Source: a cyanobacterium endosymbiont of Epithemia turgida isolate EtSB Lake Yunoko
Lineage (GTDB): Bacteria > Cyanobacteriota > Cyanobacteriia > Cyanobacteriales > Microcystaceae
Length of the DNA: 32,000 nt
Direction: 5' to 3'
Assembly (NCBI RefSeq): GCF_000829235.1
Contig: NZ_AP012549.1
Location: 1,110,001 to 1,142,000 of the forward strand
Positions 28,913 through 32,000 of this stretch are shown here, piece after piece. The position numbers and the translations under genes were made by a program. The notes beneath the pieces are model-generated. The model was not told the DNA's origin. It searched no databases and saw only the letters and a program-made list of their open reading frames with translations. Position 1 is the first letter of the stretch; every line of letters begins with the position of its first letter.

Positions 28913-30262
28913 GTGGCTACTCGCGTTATTATAGTGCGTCATGGACAAAGCAACTATAATGCTCAAAAGCTTATACAAGGTCGCAATAACGAATCAGTTT
29001 TGACCGAAAAAGGTCGTCAAGATGCTCAAAAACTAGGGGATAGCCTTAGTTTACTTCCTATTGATGCAATCTATTGCAGTCCTCTGCAACGGGCAAAAGC
29101 TACAGCTGAGATTATTCATAGTCGTTTGCCTTCTCGACCAAGTTTGTCTGCTATCAATCAATTGATGGAAATAGACCTTCCTCTCTGGGAAAAGCAAAAT
29201 AAACTTGAAGTAGCTAAAATATTCGAGACTGAATATCAGTTTTGGAAAGAACGTCCCCACGAATTTAAAATGCTTATCTCTACATCTGAGGGAAAAAAAG
29301 AGCATTTTCCAGTTCTTGCTTTATATCAACAGGCTAAGAAATTTTGGCAGAAAATAATCCCTCAGCATCAGGGTGAAACTTTGTTAATTGTTGCTCATAA
29401 TGGTATCAATCGTTGTTTAATTATGAGTGCTATTGGAATATTTCCAGAGTATTATCACTCAATTCAACAGTCTAATTGTTGCATTAATATCTTGAATTTT
29501 AGCGGTAATTGGGGGGAATCAGTGCAACTCGAATCCCTGAATCAAACCTCCCATTTAGGAATCCCCATTCCTCCTACTCGTTCTGACAAAAATCATTTAC
29601 GCTTTTTACTTGTTCGTCATGGAGAAACCGAATGGAATCGGGAATCGAGATTTCAAGGAGGTAGAGATATTTCACTCAATAAAAATGGTAAAAAGCAAGC
29701 ACAAAAAACGGCAGATTTTTTCAAGGAAGTCCTCTTGAACTTTGCAGTTAGTAGTCCGATGTTACGTCCAAAAGAAACTGCCAAAATAATTCTTCAATAT
29801 CATAAAGATGTTGAGTTAGAATTAAAACCTCAACTTCAAGAAATCTGTCATGGACTATGGGAAGGAAAATTAGAATCGGAAATTAAAGTAGATTTTCCAG
29901 GGTTATTAACTCAATGGAAAGACTCTCCAGAAACAGTACAAATGCCAAAGGGAGAGAATTTACAACAAGTATGGGATCGAGCAATCATTTGTTGGAATCA
30001 AATGGTAGAGAATTACAGCAAATCTCCTGAATCTAAAACGGGTATTGTAGTTGCCCATGATGCTATTAATAAAGTAATTTTATGCTACTTGTTAGGGCTA
30101 AAAACCAAAGATTTCTGGAACATTAAACAAGGAAATGGTGGCGTTAGTGTGATTGACTATCCTCAAGGAATCAAGGGATCTCCTGTTTTGCAAGCGATTA
30201 ATTTAACCAGCCATTTAGTAGGATCTGGAATTTTAGATCAAACAGTAGCTGGGGCATTGTAA
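28913..30262 (+). CDS. Histidine phosphatase (phosphoglycerate mutase-like) protein with two tandem domains
   Basis: 449-aa ORF with a GTG start. Two RHG catalytic motifs are present (VRHGQSNYN near the N-terminus, VRHGETEWN near residue 235). Each has a downstream His block (VAHNG, VAHDA). Confidence 0.8.
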   Translation: MATRVIIVRHGQSNYNAQKLIQGRNNESVLTEKGRQDAQKLGDSLSLLPIDAIYCSPLQRAKATAEIIHSRLPSRPSLSAINQLMEIDLPLWEKQNKLEVAKIFETEYQFWKERPHEFKMLISTSEGKKEHFPVLALYQQAKKFWQKIIPQHQGETLLIVAHNGINRCLIMSAIGIFPEYYHSIQQSNCCINILNFSGNWGESVQLESLNQTSHLGIPIPPTRSDKNHLRFLLVRHGETEWNRESRFQGGRDISLNKNGKKQAQKTADFFKEVLLNFAVSSPMLRPKETAKIILQYHKDVELELKPQLQEICHGLWEGKLESEIKVDFPGLLTQWKDSPETVQMPKGENLQQVWDRAIICWNQMVENYSKSPESKTGIVVAHDAINKVILCYLLGLKTKDFWNIKQGNGGVSVIDYPQGIKGSPVLQAINLTSHLVGSGILDQTVAGAL

Positions 30263-30397
30263 CTAACGATTTCTATTCACGGCCTCATTTGTTAAGGAGT
30301 GGAGCTTTGACTGTTGGTCAGTCCAAGAGTGAGAGAGAAGCTCATGAAACTAGAAAACTGCCCATTCTTAGAAAGAAGTCTACGAGTACTAACAAAA

Positions 30398-30449
30398 ATT
30401 ACGATCATTATGAAAAAGTAATTCACCACTTTTTCATAATGATCGTAAT
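30398..30449 (+). terminator. 22-bp perfect inverted repeat 136 nt downstream of the histidine phosphatase gene; candidate 3' stem-loop
   Basis: attacgatcattatgaaaaagt (30398-30419), loop aattcacc, then actttttcataatgatcgtaat (30428-30449). No T-tract follows. It lies inside the spurious 67-aa ORF 30289..30492. Confidence 0.45.
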
Positions 30450-30994
30450 AACTATGATGTTAACTATAATTGTATTTGCTAAAAGCGACTAGTTTAATTG
30501 ACTTTTTTAAAAAAATTTAGTTTAGACATTACAATGTAAGCCCAAAAATTATATTTTATAGATAAAAATACTACTCTCAGTATAGGATAAAACATTAAAA
30601 TAATTTCAGCTAATATTTATTATTTATAATATCTATTAGATAGTTTTAATTGAAATTAAATATTTATCAATACTTGTATAATTTTCAGTATCTATGACAT
30701 GTTGAATAATATTTTTTTAAAAAAAATACTTATTTATATTTTTTTATTTTTTAGAAAAAAATTAGACTCTGATAATCATGGTTATTTTGGACAGAAAATA
30801 TTAAACACAAACTCTAACTTAGAATAAATAATTGGGAACATCTAAAAAATTTTGATATTTATTCTGGATAAGCTAAATCTAAGGAGGTTATAATTACAGT
30901 GAAACAATTGCGAACTAAATACTAGTAGGGTATAAGTGAAACAATGGTGAGAAGAAAACAGACTTTGAATTAGTACTATAAAAGAGTCAATATA

Positions 30995-31588
30995 ATGAGT
31001 AAAGTACAAACTATTTCCGGATCAGGGATTCCTGTTGTGGGGGATGATATCGATACTGATCGCATTATTCCAGCACGGTTTTTGCGTTGTGTCACTTTCA
31101 AAGGTTTAGGGGAGCAAATTTTTGCCGATGATCGTGCTCAACTTAGAGGACAACACTTCTTTGATTTGCCCCAATATCAAGGCGCTAAAATTCTTGTTGT
31201 AAATGCTAACTTTGGCTGTGGCTCATCAAGAGAACATGCCCCGCAAGCAATCATTCGATGGGGAATTAAAGCCATTGTTGGAGAAAGTTTTGCTGAGATC
31301 TTTTATGGCAATTGTATCGCCAATGGAATTCCCTGTGTGACAGCTAAAGCAGAAGATATTAAGCAGTTACAAACCTTAATTCAAACCCATCCGCAACAAG
31401 AAATTACTCTTGATTTAACCGAAATGAAATTTAGAGCAGGAACGTGGATAACTCTGATCGAAATGGAAGAGGGTTCTCGGCAAATGCTTTTAGGAGGAAC
31501 TTGGGATAGTTGTGGACAACTTGTCCACAACATCGATAGCGTTCGTGAAATCGCTAGCCAATTACCTTATTTATCCTGGAATTCTTAA
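30995..31588 (+). CDS. leuD: 3-isopropylmalate dehydratase small subunit
   Basis: 197-aa ORF with motifs GDDIDTDRIIPARFL and NFGCGSSREHAPQA. No leuC is adjacent. Confidence 0.92.
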   Translation: MSKVQTISGSGIPVVGDDIDTDRIIPARFLRCVTFKGLGEQIFADDRAQLRGQHFFDLPQYQGAKILVVNANFGCGSSREHAPQAIIRWGIKAIVGESFAEIFYGNCIANGIPCVTAKAEDIKQLQTLIQTHPQQEITLDLTEMKFRAGTWITLIEMEEGSRQMLLGGTWDSCGQLVHNIDSVREIASQLPYLSWNS

Positions 31589-32000
31589 GTTATTTCTAGT
31601 GAATAAATATCAATAAATCCTCTAAATTTTTCCAGCTTACTTAATTTAATAAACACTCAGAAGTTAATCTGGTGATAATAATGGGACAGACTAAATTTTA
31701 ACCTCTAAAATATCCAACGAGCAGATGTTATTTACATTTCTCTCAATAGAAGTTAATTTAAACTCTACTGCCTTAGATTACTCTAAATCTTAGTGGAACA
31801 GGTTTAATCTATACATGGATGATCGGTACTCAATTGATAGCAATCAACTAAATTAAGATAAAATAAATCTCAACTATGCTGAATCTAAATTGTGTTAATT
31901 TCGAAAACAAAATCATTGTCAATGCAAGTTTAATACATACCAACTTCAAGTAAACTAATTTTAGGAATGATGATTGAAGAAGTGCTAAGTTTAGTTAGAC

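Noticed and set aside
29051-29305. 84-aa minus-strand ORF inside the histidine phosphatase gene
   Set aside because: It is antisense to a gene with clear catalytic motifs and has no family features.
30289-30492. 67-aa ORF downstream of the phosphatase gene
   Set aside because: Its middle is the 22-bp perfect hairpin (30398-30449). The open frame is better explained by that palindrome than by coding.
31930-32000. Possible 3' end of a minus-strand gene running off the window (22 open codons before a stop)
   Set aside because: It is far too short and AT-rich to distinguish from chance.
1-32000. Search for tRNA/rRNA genes, CRISPR arrays, IS elements or transposases, integrases, and toxin-antitoxin or defence genes
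   Set aside because: I found no T-arm-like GTTCGA/GTTCAA contexts with acceptor pairing. There are no regularly spaced direct repeats and no transposase- or integrase-like ORFs. The inverted repeats found are unique in sequence and lack target-site duplications.

Overview
AT-rich cyanobacterial chromosome segment with 20 apparently intact protein genes, nearly all housekeeping. They cover tetrapyrrole synthesis (hemC, hemF), carotenoids (crtQ plus an adjacent SRPBCC gene), thiamine (thiE, thiS), branched-chain amino acids (ilvB, leuD), trpF, a class I aminotransferase, a Ycf23/DUF561-like protein and a WecB/TagA glycosyltransferase. Also present are a family-5 ABC binding protein, one ABC permease, a tandem histidine phosphatase, and a minus-strand cluster of three polytopic membrane proteins (two GT-C-like glycosyltransferases and a CPBP protease). 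I found no tRNA, rRNA, CRISPR array, IS element or integrase. The most unusual property is the architecture. By my gene calls about 10.6 kb (33%) is non-coding, concentrated in nine spacers of 0.4-1.8 kb with extremely low GC (two 60-nt stretches I hand-counted had 5 G+C each). These spacers hold unrelated long perfect hairpins (16-25 bp arms), several too far from any gene end to be ordinary terminators. They also show a strong excess of T(n)A(n) tracts over A(n)T(n). Other items worth a second look are a zinc-ribbon tail on IlvB with an 18-bp inverted repeat bracketing its stop codon, an unrecognised 344-aa protein with a C-terminal HTH, a ThiS whose Gly-Gly end is capped by three extra residues, and an ABC importer reduced to a binding protein and one permease. 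The low coding density resembles the few cyanobacteria known for it (Trichodesmium, obligate symbiont lineages). I cannot assign the organism from sequence alone, and no clearly novel multi-gene system is demonstrable.
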